Source: Schmidtea polychroa (taxonomy: Eukaryota). From it: a DNA stretch of 64,000 nucleotides. Position 1 is the first letter of the stretch, and every line of letters starts with the position of its first letter. Location of the stretch: positions 10,852,001 to 10,916,000 of the forward strand of contig CM097885.1 of the NCBI GenBank assembly GCA_044892525.1, in the 5' to 3' direction. Shown here in pieces: positions 51,854 through 64,000 of the stretch. The notes beneath the pieces are model-generated. The model did not search any database. It was not told the DNA's origin and was given only the letters and a program-made list of their open reading frames with translations. Both the position numbers and the translations under genes were made by a program.

Positions 51854-54800
51854 AGTGACAATATTTAACTTGATATATTGTTTAAATATTCAGATTTTAT
51901 AATAAATATATATTTGAAAATAACGTGTTAGTTTAATGACTTTTATTAAAAATGTTACTGGCGACCACGCCGAAATCGCAGCTCTGACGAGATCACAGCA
52001 AAGGCAGAAAATTGTGGAATCTTTGCCAAAGAATATTCAAGATTCAATTTATCTAGTATAAAAAAGTTTTTGGAGGACAAGAAGAAAATGCAATGGACTG
52101 GCTTGTATCTATTGAAGAATTTGTGACGATTTTTTATTGCATGGTGACGCAAAAGAGTTATGGATGGCCCGTTAAGGAAGCACAAAAGACTCCGGCCTCA
52201 GATTAAGAAATAAAAAGTTGGTTTATTTTAAAATATGTAAAATTCAAAAGTTTTTTGCAAAATATCGAAGACATGAGTCTGATAAAGAAGAGATCGGACG
52301 AAAGATTTGAAAATTTTGTAATAATAGTAAGAAAATTAGTGCGCGAAGTTCTTTCCGCAAATCAAACAGAAGACATGATTGTCAAGGATATTGTAACAAG
52401 ACGTATGTATTCAGAAAAAGTTAAAGATGCAATTGCAATGAACCTAGAAGTATCTCTTACAGAAATTGAGAAATTGAATGTAAATTTTGAAAATATTTTA
52501 CATACAGAAGACACCAGAGAGGTATTTGTATTGTCAGATGATAGGAAAAAATCGTCGTATGCATCGGTAACAAGGAATAAAATTCCAGTAAGGCAGAATG
52601 TTCAACCATTGATTAGACCATTTGTTCCTGAGACTAACCGGTATTTCAGTAAAAATAGAAGTTACGAAAATTATGACAATAGACGACATGGTACTGAAAG
52701 AAGACGAAGATCAAAAATTTTATTGGTTAATGAGAGATCCAATAAGTCTACGGTTTCTTTGAAACATATTGCAATATGAGTTTACAACAAAGCGAAAGGA
52801 TTAACAGAACCAGAATTGCGACCTTTACAACCCGGTCAATGTTATTGTTGTGGTGGATCAGGCCATATTCGGAACAATTGTCCTTTAAGCAAGTGCTGTT
52901 TAATATGCGGTAAAAATGATCATTTTTTTACTAACTGCCCTCTATTAAAGAGTAATAATACAAGAAGAATTCACTGTATTCAAGGAGAAAATAATTTAGG
53001 AAATCTGACTTATTAGTATGAAGACCTTGAGAATGATGTCACGTCAGAATCTGAAGTAAATGAAATAGGATCGATTACAGGAAGTAATAGGAAAAATGAC
53101 AAAGACCGTCCTTTGAACGAGATACACTCCATGGCAAACATTTCGTCTGTGGAGTCGTTGAATTAAATGTGCAGAACACAGAAAACCGAAATGTTATGAT
53201 GTTCAAGAAGAAGGATGGAAGGTGGTGGAGTTTTGTTCAGTGTTGTGGAATAGTGATTGAGATGTTGTGGGATACAGGTGCGTCGGTTACTGTAATGTCG
53301 GAGGCCATATGGAGGAAGTGTGGCAGTCCAGTTTTAAAACCGGTAGATATGGCGCTCAGAGGGGCGTTTGGAAATAAGCCGATATCATGCTTAGGTGACT
53401 TTACAACTTCGATTGTTTGGAATGAATTGTGTCAGAAAGTGAATGTAATTGTGGTTAGGGATATAAGTCCAAGTTTTGTAGGTGGAATGAATTTGATTTT
53501 AGCTTTTAAAATATAACTTGTGCCAGATACATCAATTGCATTAATAGATTCAGATACGGTTGGTGTTAGCTACAGTGATACCGAACGATGTAAAAATGCG
53601 CTGGATGTTTTTGGACCAAATTCAGACCCAAAACTGGTGGAGTTAGTAACCATGTATAGTACGATCTTCATGGCATCAGATTTTGATCTAGGTTGTACTA
53701 GTTTGGTTACACATACTATAAAATCTTCTGGAAATCCAATTATTCAAAATCATAGGCGCATGGCAATGCAGATGGAATCAAAAGTGGACGATATGATTAT
53801 GAAATTATTAAAAATGGGCATTATCAGGAAATGTCAAAGCCCATGGAACTCACCTACGGTCGTGGTAGGTAAGAAAGATGTGTCAAGATTTTAGGAAGGT
53901 TAATGAAGTTACTGAAAAATTCAGTTTTCCAATGGCAGATCCTCAAACAATATTCGATTCTTTGTCCGGATCTTCGGTTTATTCATCCCTAGACTTGGGG
54001 CAGGCATATTATCAGGTACATGTGGATGAAGCGTCCCAGTTAACAACAGCGTTTTCTACAAAGAAAGGACAGTTTTGCTACAATCGAATGCCATTTGAAT
54101 TATCCACAGCTCCAGCAACTTTCCAAAGACTTATGCACATATTATTTGATGATATTTTGTATAACGGTGTTTCAGCATATATAGATAATGTTCTGATATA
54201 TGGAAAAACTATCGAAGAACACAATAGAAATTTGGAGGAAGTTTTCAAGCGAAATTAATCAGCAGGATTAAGGATCAATCCTAAGAAGTGTAGTTTTTAT
54301 AAGAGTGAATTGATATTCTTAGGCCATAAAATTTCAGCAGAAGGAATATCCACGAATAACAATATGATAAAGAGAATTATTGAGGTTGAAATACCGAAAT
54401 GCAGCAAACAACTACGTTCATTTTTGGGATTAGTAAATTATTATCGCAAATTTGTTCCAAATTTTGCTGAAATAGCCAAACCGTTGTATGAAGCCAACAA
54501 AAGATATTAAATGGAATGATAAGTGTGAAGAAAGTTGTCGAAAACTTAAACAGGTATTATCGAGTGCACCAATCTTGACGTTTCCAAATAAGGTCGATTA
54601 CTTTATTTTGGATACTGACGCGTGTTTTAGTGGAATTGGTGCTGTTCTAAGTCAAGTTCAAAATGATTATGAAGAAGTCAAAGCATATGGTTCAAGACTT
54701 TTAAGTGCTCACGAGAAAGGATACTGTGTAACTAGAAAAGAACTACTAGCAATTTACGAGTACGTCCTATATTTTCGGCATTATTTATATGGAAAAAGTT

Positions 54801-56341
54801 TGATATACGTACGGATCATAAGGCTTTAAAGTTCTTAAAATCAACTTCGAAACCAATAAGTCCACAATTCCAAACATGGTTGAGTGAGTTGTATGGTTAT
54901 GATTTTGATTTAAAATATAGGAAGGGTGAAAATCATAACAACGCTGGTGGACTATCGAGGATATTGGTTAAGTTATTGCTCACAACGTCAAACTGAACAC
55001 GAAGAAGGAAAAATTGAGAAGAGCCGAATAAGATTTTTAAACATGATTACTTCAAGTAATTTAAATATGCAGTTATATAATGAGAATCAGGAAGCAGATA
55101 ATTTGTTGTCTACAATAAAGAAATATGTACTAAACTCGAGTCCCGAGATGCCTCACTTGATTCGGGATTCACCTTATTTCAAAAGATTGGATCAGATATT
55201 GGTAAAAGACAATTTTTTATTAATAGTAAATGATGATAAGCAGAAGATAATAATTCCGCAGAAGATAGCGTCACAAGTTGTACAGCATATGCATAAAGAA
55301 TTCTGTCATTTAGGAGTTAAGAAACCAACAAATTATATGAACGATTATTTCTTTTGGATACACATGGTAACCGATTTACGAGATATTATTAAAAAATGTG
55401 ATATATGCATGAGAAGGAAAGTTTTGACAAGTAAAACAGCTGAATATTTAATTCCTAGGGTAATAATGAATTCGATGGAACAAATCGTAATCGATATTGC
55501 TCATATGAAGGAAACCAGAAACCGTAACCGTTATTTGGTAGTAATAATTGATCAGTTCAGCAAGATGGTTAGTTTAACGCCTACTCCGAACCAAGATGAA
55601 AAGACTGTATATCGTGTACTTTTACACAATTGGATATACAAATTCGGTAAACCAGCTGACATTGTTTCGGATAGAGGTAAGGTTTTCGAGGGAAGTCAAA
55701 TCAAAGGGCTAGTTAATAATTTTAACATCTGATGGATATTTACTTTGCCATATGATCATAAGTCTAATGGTTTAGCAGAACGGGTAATACGAACTATTCG
55801 TGATATGATCGTGACAATTTTGAGTGATGGTCAAACTGAAGGGTGTTGTTGAATATTCCCTAAACTCAACAACACAGAATTCTACGGGATTTTCGCCAAT
55901 GGAAATACTATTTGGAAGAAAGGAAAGAATTCATTCATAGATCTTAATCGAGAACAAGTATTATTGACAGCACAGAATAATGTTATGGTAGCGGCAGATA
56001 AAATGAGATTAAGAGATGCAGATAAGAAATGTCATCGGCATTTTGAGGTGGGTCAAAGAGTTCTAGTAAAGATGGATCCACATAAGAGATCAAAACATGG
56101 TAATTTGTTCGAAGGTCCTGTAAAGATTCTTGGTTTTTTCAACGGAACACGAAGTTGAACTAGAATATTCAGATGGGAAAAGATGCAGAAGAACTGAATG
56201 GCTGAAAGAGTATCACAGTTCTTAAAGAAGGGGAGAGTGACGATATTTAAATTGATATATTGTTTAAATATTCAGATTTTATAATCAATATATATTTGAA
56301 AATAACGTGTTAGTTTAATGACTTTTAATGAAAATGTTACT
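51854..56341 (+). mobile_element. Full-length but frameshifted Ty3/Gypsy retrotransposon with 106-bp LTRs (51854-51959, 56236-56341)
   Basis: Direct repeats AGTGAC..GTTACT; PBS TGGCGACCA; PPT AAAGAAGGGGAG; two CCHC knuckles, protease WDTGAS, RT LDLGQAYYQ/YIDN, RNase H DTDAC, integrase HHCC plus D,D,E. Confidence 0.95.
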
Positions 56342-57125
56342 AATACTAAACAATATCCAGTAATGTATGTCATTAAAGACTATGATCAAAATATTGTACA
56401 AGGGAAATTTTATGAACAAGAATTACAAGTCATTCCTTCACCAAAAGTATTTAGAATTCAAATAATTTTGAAAACTACAAAGAATTATCAGGATAAACAA
56501 TACTATGTCAAATAGCATGGATATCAAAACCCAACAAAGATATCAACAAAAGATTTAGTAAATTAAAATTTTATACTTTTTTTACCCAGCAATAGATGTC
56601 CTCTTATTCTTCCAGATAATGAAGCAAGTAAATTTATGGTAGAACTACAAAATCCAATTTATTTATATGGTGAGCGGGAAGTGGCTTTATTAGATTTCAC
56701 ATTTGTGAACAAGACATTTCCATTTTACATTAAATCCAGAATCGAATACAAAAAGAAGGAAACAGTTACAAAATATAAAAATTTGGTAATTGATAACGTA
56801 GATGATTTTATTGATATATCAAATCCTCACAATCGAGATGTTACAATGTACATTGATCGAGATTTTCTTTACTTTAACTGTCATCATACTCCATTTCATG
56901 TATCATTTGATAATTTGGAGATTATATTTGGAGATAACATTGAAGATTCGGAATCCTGGATTTACCAAGGTTGGCGCGACTACAGAACCAATTAGGTTAA
57001 CAGTAAAGTTTCCGTTTGATGTATCTTATACAGTTACATTTAATGACAATTTATACATAACCAAACTCGATGAATTACAAGCATATTTAATTCAAAATTG
57101 TGGATATATTTTCATATCTCTAGAA

Positions 57126-59147
57126 CAATGGTTCTCAAACAGGGTGCCGTAAAAAATCACATTTTATAATTTTTTAAGCATAGATTCGCAAAATTATTTA
57201 GTTGTTTCCAGTAAAAATTTAGAATAATATTGGTTTGGATCGTCTTCTGTTTTTTACCCGGAAATATTATGCTATTGTTTGGCATGTAGACACGTACGTA
57301 CTTTTCTCAGAAATCATAAAACCGGATATAGTTCGTGTTACTGTTTGTTTTAGTTTTTAGTCGAGCTCATTTCTACTGACATAATGAACCTGTACAAGTT
57401 TATCAATATATTAATATCAATAAAATTTTGTTCATAGAATATTCTCAATATTTGGTAAGCATAGCATTAAAATAAGTATTTTTACATACTGAAATATTTT
57501 ATTTTTTTTGGTAGTCTAAAAAAATGGACAAATTTATTGGAAGAAAGAGGAGTATAGACGAGAATTCATATTTGCAACCCAGTACAATTGACACAAATTC
57601 TGGTGATACAAATGAAGATAAAGCTCTAACTAAAGAAAAGCATGTAAGAGTAAGACCCGTCTATACCAAGAAAACTATTTGGAATACAGGTTTACCTGGT
57701 GTGCTGACAAAATATCTCCTAATCCGAAATGTGTTGTATGTGGCGAAGTAATGGCTAATGCAGCTATGGTGCCTAGTAAACTATTGCGCAGATGTTTTTA
57801 ATATTTTAGATCAGTATTTATCATCAGTTGGTATATCTTGGGAAACATGTGTTGGCATATGTACGGATGGTGCACCATCTATGATCGGTTCCATAAAGGG
57901 CTTTGTGTCTCTTTTGCTTAAAAAAGAACATGAATATCGTATCAACACATTGTTTATACACCGTGAAGCTTTATTAGCAAAATCCATAAATATAGACTTA
58001 TAATGTGTCTTGAAAATGGTAGTCAAGATGGTCAATTACGTTAAAAGTAAACCTCTGAAGTCATGTTTATTTAATAAACTTTGCGAAGAAATGGGATCTC
58101 AATTTAAAAACCTTATTCTTCACACAGAAGTAAGATGACTTTCTAAAGGGCATGTTTTTAGTCGTTTTTATGATTTGAAAGCAGAATTAATCATATCTTT
58201 TGAAAAAGAAAAGCAACACGAATATTGCGAATTATTGCAGGACGTTGCTTATTTGGCAGAAATCTTTGAACAACTGAATAAATTAAACTCCAGTATGCAG
58301 GGAAGAAATGAAAATATCTTAACTTCTTCAGACAAAATAATGGCTTCCAAAGACAAATTGAAGGTGTGGATAAAGAAAGTAAGCCAGTGTAATATGGGAA
58401 TGTTCTCAAGAATCGAGGAAGTGGAGAATAACGAAATTCGAGAACTCATTATTGAGCATTTAACAACTTTAGCGACTAAAGTTGATAATTATTTTTCCGA
58501 TATCAAAGTGGAACATTATATTTGTATAAGAAATTCATTTGTGGCATCAGTGATGGGAAAAAATGATTTGGAACTTATATAAGAGGAGGAATTGATGAAT
58601 ATTCGAAATGATCGAACACTGAAACTAAGATATGAAGAATTAGACCTAAACTGCTTCTGGATTGAGATTAAAAAAGAATATCCGAATATAGGACTACGAG
58701 CGCTCAAAATTCTCCTACAATTCTCAACTTCATAATTGTGCGAGCTTGGCTTTTCTGCTTTGGTGAACATCAAAACTAAAAGAAGAAAAAGACTCAAGGC
58801 AGTCGAAGATGAAATGAGAGTATGCCTATCTCAAATTTGCCCTGACATTAAAAAAAATATGCCATCACACCAGTCGCATGTTTTCCATTGAATTGATTAA
58901 GCGTATTATAAGTAACTTTGCAATAATTGGTCGTATGTTTATCTAAATGTGATGATATATCTCTGGTATACATATTTATTAATAAAATGTTGTTACGAAA
59001 ATATAAAACTCGCTTGTGTATAAATGTTGTTTTAATATATAAATACATATCTTTACTTATACATGGGAGATGAGAGGATGCAGGGTGCCGTGAGTTTCAA
59101 TACATTATTTTTGGGTGCCAGCAGTAAAAAAAGTTTGCGAACCAATG
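57126..59147 (+). mobile_element. hAT Buster/Charlie-like transposon, degenerate
   Basis: TIRs CAATGGTTCTCAAAC / GTTTGCGAACCAATG; 8-bp TSD CTCTAGAA; CVGICTDGAPSMIG, HTEVR, AYLAEIFEQLN, CELGFS. Confidence 0.95.
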
Positions 59148-60123
59148 CTCTAGAACTTCAAGAAAATAAATATTTCAGATTCTCTTTGAATAATGACATT
59201 TCTGAAATTACTTTTGATAAAAACCTGATAAAAACATTAGGGTTACCTAAAGCAACATTTCTACATGACGATAAAATTAATGAAGGATCGAGTAAACCGA
59301 CATTAATTAAACTTCATCATCAAATGTTCATCTATACTAATATTATTGAACCCATAATTGTTGGTGATTCCGCTGTTCCTCTATTGAAATCTATTTGGGT
59401 GGAGAAACATGAACAAGATGATGTTGTACAAATAATAATGGAAAATCCATTGTATTTACCGGTTTCAACCTCGTGTATAAACAATATAGAAATAAATATA
59501 CGCTATGATTCTGGTAAATTAATAGATTTTGTACAAGATTCAAAAACTCATTTGACGCTACATTTTCGTAAAGTCAATGGCTAATTCCGATATCATGTGT
59601 ATGTATAGTGGTATCCAAGCTGGTGGTGAATTACCATATTTTATTAGTAAACAATATGGATCCAGTTGGTTGCGGACGATTGGTAGATTTGCACTCGTAT
59701 AGGTATTTTTGGTATGAAAACTGCTAAAGATATCATTATGAATAATCAAAAGATATTACCATCTCTGAAAACTAATGCTTTATCCGAACTAGGAAAAGTT
59801 TGATCGGGTGTTGCTGGCATTTTTCAAAAAGAAGAAAAAGCAGAACCACCTCCAGCAAATGTTCCAAAACGTAAAAAACACAGGTCATTCATATATAAAC
59901 AAACGGATGAGAGGACATGGAACTATATTTGAAAAATGATTTGCGGTAAATCTGAATTGTGTATATTTGATCGACTTTTGCCTCAAGCTGTTATCGAATA
60001 TGGAGCATTTGAAGACGTTTTCCCAGTGAATTCTATTACAGATAGTAGAAATGATGTGGAATTTTACATCAATGGTTCTCAAACTGAATATTTAGATTTG
60101 AATTATACATTGCTAACTGTTCA

Positions 60124-61100
60124 GATGTTGCAGATGCCTTCCGCAAACCAAATGGCATCCTGTTATATATTCAAACATGTCAATTGATTTTACGATAGCT
60201 GTCTTCTTTATGTCTTCTTTCCTAATTGGGATTTCGTGGTAGGCCTGTTTGAGGTCTATTTTTGAGAAGAACTTTACTCCTTTTAATCTGTTGATTATGT
60301 CTCTTATTATCGACAGAGGGTAGTTATCTGGTTCCGTGATCTTGTTTAGCATTATATAGTCGCCACAGCTCTCCATTCCCAATTTGTCTTTTGTTTAAGC
60401 ATTAGTGTTTGAATGTCTTACTATTTTGTTGTCAAGTCATTCTTTGAAAATTTATTTTGTTATTTTTGTTTTTTGTGGGTTCAGTTGTCGAACTTTTGAA
60501 TGTACTGTGTTCCCAGTTGTTATGATTGCGTGTTCGGTTTGGTTGTCCGAATTCTCGTAAAAATTTACTGGTTCGGTTAATTTATTGAGTCTTTTTAGTT
60601 AGTTCAGGACCATGATTGGTTGTTTTGTTTTCATTGATTGGATTTGTTTGAATTACCCCAATATCAATTTGTGTGCAGTAGTTTGTTTTAGATTGATTTG
60701 TTTTCGTTTTTGTGAATGGATTTTCGACTATCTTTATTTCTGTAGTCTACTAGTAGGTTATATTGTGATAAGCAATCAGCACTAACTATTGGTTGTTGTA
60801 CTTCAGCTATGATAAACGACCAGCTGTACTCTCTGTTGTTGATTGTTATAGTCGTTGTATGTTCTCCTAGTGTATTTATGTTGGTACCATTAGATGTGGT
60901 AAAGCTGCTATTATGTTTGAACACAGGGATTTTGTTGACCTTATACCTAATAGTGTTAATACTAGTTTTGTTAAATCTATCCATTTTAGGAGTGTTCCAT
61001 TTTTGTCAGTGAAATACTTAGAGATAATCGGTTTAGGGTTTATTATTGAATTTATAGAAAAGGGGTTTATGGCTTTCAATCGATATGTTAGACTAAAAAT
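60124..61100 (-). mobile_element. Gypsy-like protease/RT fragment
   Basis: GDYIMLNKITEPDNYPL..FSKIDLKQAYHEIPI..KTAI; protease-end-like WSFIIAEVQQPIVSAD. Confidence 0.85.
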
Positions 61101-61626
61101 TCTATTTATAAAAATTTAATGATTATTTTTCATTTAAAAATTAATTATTCAATAAATTTCACGTATTTTTATATATCCGTATAATTTTACACATATACCG
61201 AGAATTGAATTAATAGCGTTCCTAATATGTTTTGCAGACGGAGTCGAACTACATAGATGGTACTCATGCACTCCGGTACTCACCAATAAATTTCCAATAC
61301 ATTATATATGGCCAACTTTATTGCCTTATAATTTTCACAGCTCTGCATCAAGCTCGATAACCATTCTCTTCAGCAAAATCTTCACTAAATGTGATATGAA
61401 TATTTTTTCAATAATACAATAAAATCAATCGAATATTGAATTTCAATTTCTTTTAAACTTTCCTATTTAAATATTCTTTTATAAACATATTATCTAATAT
61501 TATCACAACAATAATGAAATATTAACTAAAGTTTAATATAAATTATTAAATCACTTTTATTACATAATTTAAAAAAATGAGATTTCGATTGTTTGTTTAA
61601 ATATTTCAACAAATCATTTATTTTCA

Positions 61627-62484
61627 ATGTATGAAATTTGTAAAGCTGAAGTAGAAGATATTCCTGTGATATTTAATTTTACGAACAATTTAGTTCAACA
61701 GCATGAAGGAATGGAACAGTATTTTTTGACAAGTAAAGAATCTATGTTAGATGCATTTATAAATAATTATTTTGAATGTCTAATTGTTTTCGAAAAAGGA
61801 ATTGAAATTAAAAAGGCAGTTGGTTACATTTTGTATACAGAAGAATATTCATTTCTACATGGTCATGGTTATTATGTAGATGATTTTTATGTATCACCTG
61901 AATTACGTGGTAAAGGTTTGGGGAGACAATTAATGAATCACCTCTTTAAAATAGCATCTGAGAATAAAGCTCAGTATTTGAAACTTGTTTTTCAAATAAC
62001 AGTTCCAGGATTAGAGAAAATGTATTTAAATTTTGGATTTGATATTGTATCTGCTGATATTCATATGTTTTCATTATTCGGTCGACATCAATTAGATCGA
62101 ATAATTAGTGAAGTCAAACCAAATACCGATTGTGAAGAAATTCAATTTTACATGAAAAAACAAACCAAAGGAATCAGCTGACTAGTTTTTGTGTCAAATG
62201 TGAATAGTGGAATGTATTGCACGTTTGTAATACAAATTTGTTTCAATTCTTGGCATGGAATGACAATCTATTTCTCAGATTTTACCGGTAATGTGAACAT
62301 GTTGTCTGCTAACAGTATTAGGCAAGCCTTTGAAGCCATTGACATACCGGAAGTTACGAATATCGTTCTATATGTTCCTCGCAATCACTTGTTAGAACAA
62401 TTGGCAGAAATAGGGGCGGTAGATATAACGATAGAAGAAGACTGGAATTTGGCTTTTATCGCAAGTGAAAAATTCGCTGCTTAA
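61627..62484 (+). CDS. GNAT (spermidine/spermine N1-acetyltransferase-like) with a second GNAT-like half behind an in-frame TGA at 62179-62181
   Basis: YYVDDFYVSPELRGKGLGRQLM (motif A). The downstream ORF is in the same frame and contains FNSWHGMTIYFSDF, echoing YSFLHGHGYYVDDF. Confidence 0.85.
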
Positions 62485-62706
62485 TAGCAATTATCTTTTT
62501 ACGAAAATTATATTTTAATGTAATCTAAAACATTTTTAATGTGATGTACTACTTTTTATAATTTTTAGTGAGTAATACTAAGTATTGTAGTAGTATTATA
62601 TAGTTATTGTGTAATTTACAGTATTTATTGTACTTTTATTGTTAAATTCAATATTTCACAAATTTGCTAAGTGTAATGTTTAACAGTGACCTTCAAAAGG
62701 GATGCT

Positions 62707-64000
62707 AGTAAACGCCACACAGAATCATTATGGTTTTATTGTATTATCGCTTTAGAATTTTTCTTAATTCATTAAGTTAAACATTGAAGAATTTTTGTAA
62801 ATATGATTATTAGGAGAAGATTTGACTTTTTTCAAAGTGGTTTCAAATATATGTTATTCAAAAAAACAATTTTCCAATATAATATAAGTAGGTAAATGTG
62901 AGCCCTTTACTCCACCATCAGTTACCGCGCACTTGTAGGAACAGAGGCCCCTGCCCCTCCATCAAGGTCAAGTCACGATTATTGATTTTTAAATTTTTTT
63001 ATTTATTTAAAAGTACATTTATTGATTTTTAGCCCACATTTTTCAAAAAGAAATCCAAGTATGTATAATTATTGATGTATAATTATTGATTAAAAAAACG
63101 ATTTGCTCAAAGTTTTATTTAAAAAATCGTCAAAATTCAAAGACTCCTTATTAGTTTCAATAGAAATGTCGAAGTTTCTTATTCCTCGCAGAAAAATTAA
63201 TAAAATGTAAAATCAAGCAATAATTCTAAAAAATTTGGTAATGTCCAAATGGATTTGGAAATATTTTCCTCTTATTTATTTATGATAGTTCATCGAAAAA
63301 TTGAGAAGTAATTGAAGCTGATAAGGAATTTTTGGCCATTTTCCAAAAAAACGTTGAGCAAGTCGTGATTAGTAAAGTTTTAGGGTTTGTAACTCTCATA
63401 TTTTAGAAAAAGAAAATTTCCAAATATCTCAAAGATTCTTTTCCTAGTCAAATTTTCTCTTGAGATATTTGAAAAATTTTAATTTTTCCCCAGAAAAGTC
63501 TTGAAGAGATTCAAAAATGTTGTGGTCAGCAAAGATATAGGTGACCTCATCCTATATATTTTAGTCGAAATAATAATCTAAAACCCCCACGCTACAATGA
63601 GATAAAAAAAGTAAAATTTCACTTTAAAATCAATGTTTGCACTTTTTAAACAATAATCATACATTTAAATCAATACTTAGATTTCTTTTTTAAAAATCAA
63701 TAAATTTACTTTTAAATCAATAAAAATAAAATTTTTTGAAAATCAATAATCGCGACTTGTCCTCTGTTCCTACAAGTGCGCGGTAACTAATGGTAGCGTA
63801 AAGGGCTCACATTTACTTACTTATATTATATTGGAAAATTGTTTTTTTGAATAACATATATTTGAAACCACTTTGAAAAAGTCAAATCTTCTTCTAATAA
63901 TCATATTTACAAAAAATCTTCCATGTTTAACTTAATGAATTCAGAAAAATTCTAAAGCGATAATACAATAAAACCATAATGATTCTGTGTGGCGTTTACT
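62707..64000. mobile_element. Non-autonomous element with >=240-bp TIRs (62707-62948 / 63761-64000); right end at or beyond the window edge
   Basis: AGTAAACGCCACACAGAATC..GTAGGAACAGAGG is mirrored by CCTCTGTTCCTAC..GATTCTGTGTGGCGTTTACT. Confidence 0.8.

Larger units (their letters stand above)
51480..60123 (+). mobile_element. Second, decayed Polinton/Maverick (integrase-chromodomain, penton, small ORF, MCP start)
   Basis: Integrase RFNRTLR..KYKIGDHVRIS..NWSDEVF|..GKFYEQELQ..YYVK*HGY; penton LPSN..ELQNPIYLYGEREVAL and MFIYTNIIEPIIVGDSAVPLL..HLTLHFRK; MCP-like KSELCIF..VEFYING..YLDL. Ends not identified. Confidence 0.85.

Noticed and set aside
62485..62700. SECIS element for the GNAT TGA
   Set aside because: No RUGAN..AA..NGAN kink-turn stem could be identified by eye.

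Overview
Very AT-rich, microsatellite-rich eukaryotic DNA. Short (44-56 nt) GT-AG introns and ETS genes point to a metazoan; a planarian-like host is only a guess. The centrepiece is a near-complete ~15 kb Polinton/Maverick endogenous DNA virus (10842-25782). It encodes pPolB (one internal stop), a stand-alone paralogue of the pPolB C-terminus, a PSAP-containing membrane protein, a fibre-like protein, penton, adenain-like protease, an adenovirus pX-like core protein, packaging ATPase, a zinc finger-PLA2-integrase fusion and a major capsid protein. Its ~1.2 kb ORF-free arm holds four tRNA-like units with Pol III A-box/B-box motifs at a ~240 bp period, a candidate VA-RNA-like small-RNA cassette and the most novel-looking signal here. 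Other content: a 4.8 kb almost fully palindromic non-coding element with Polinton-type termini and a 6-bp TSD (37382-42172); a second, decayed Polinton of another lineage interrupted by Gypsy and hAT insertions; a Penelope element with a hammerhead ribozyme; and solo LTRs, MITEs and transposase relics. Host genes are two inverted 5-exon ETS-domain paralogues that share a much younger intronic block, and a GNAT gene with an in-frame TGA-CTAG. All calls come from reading motifs by eye; no searches were run.
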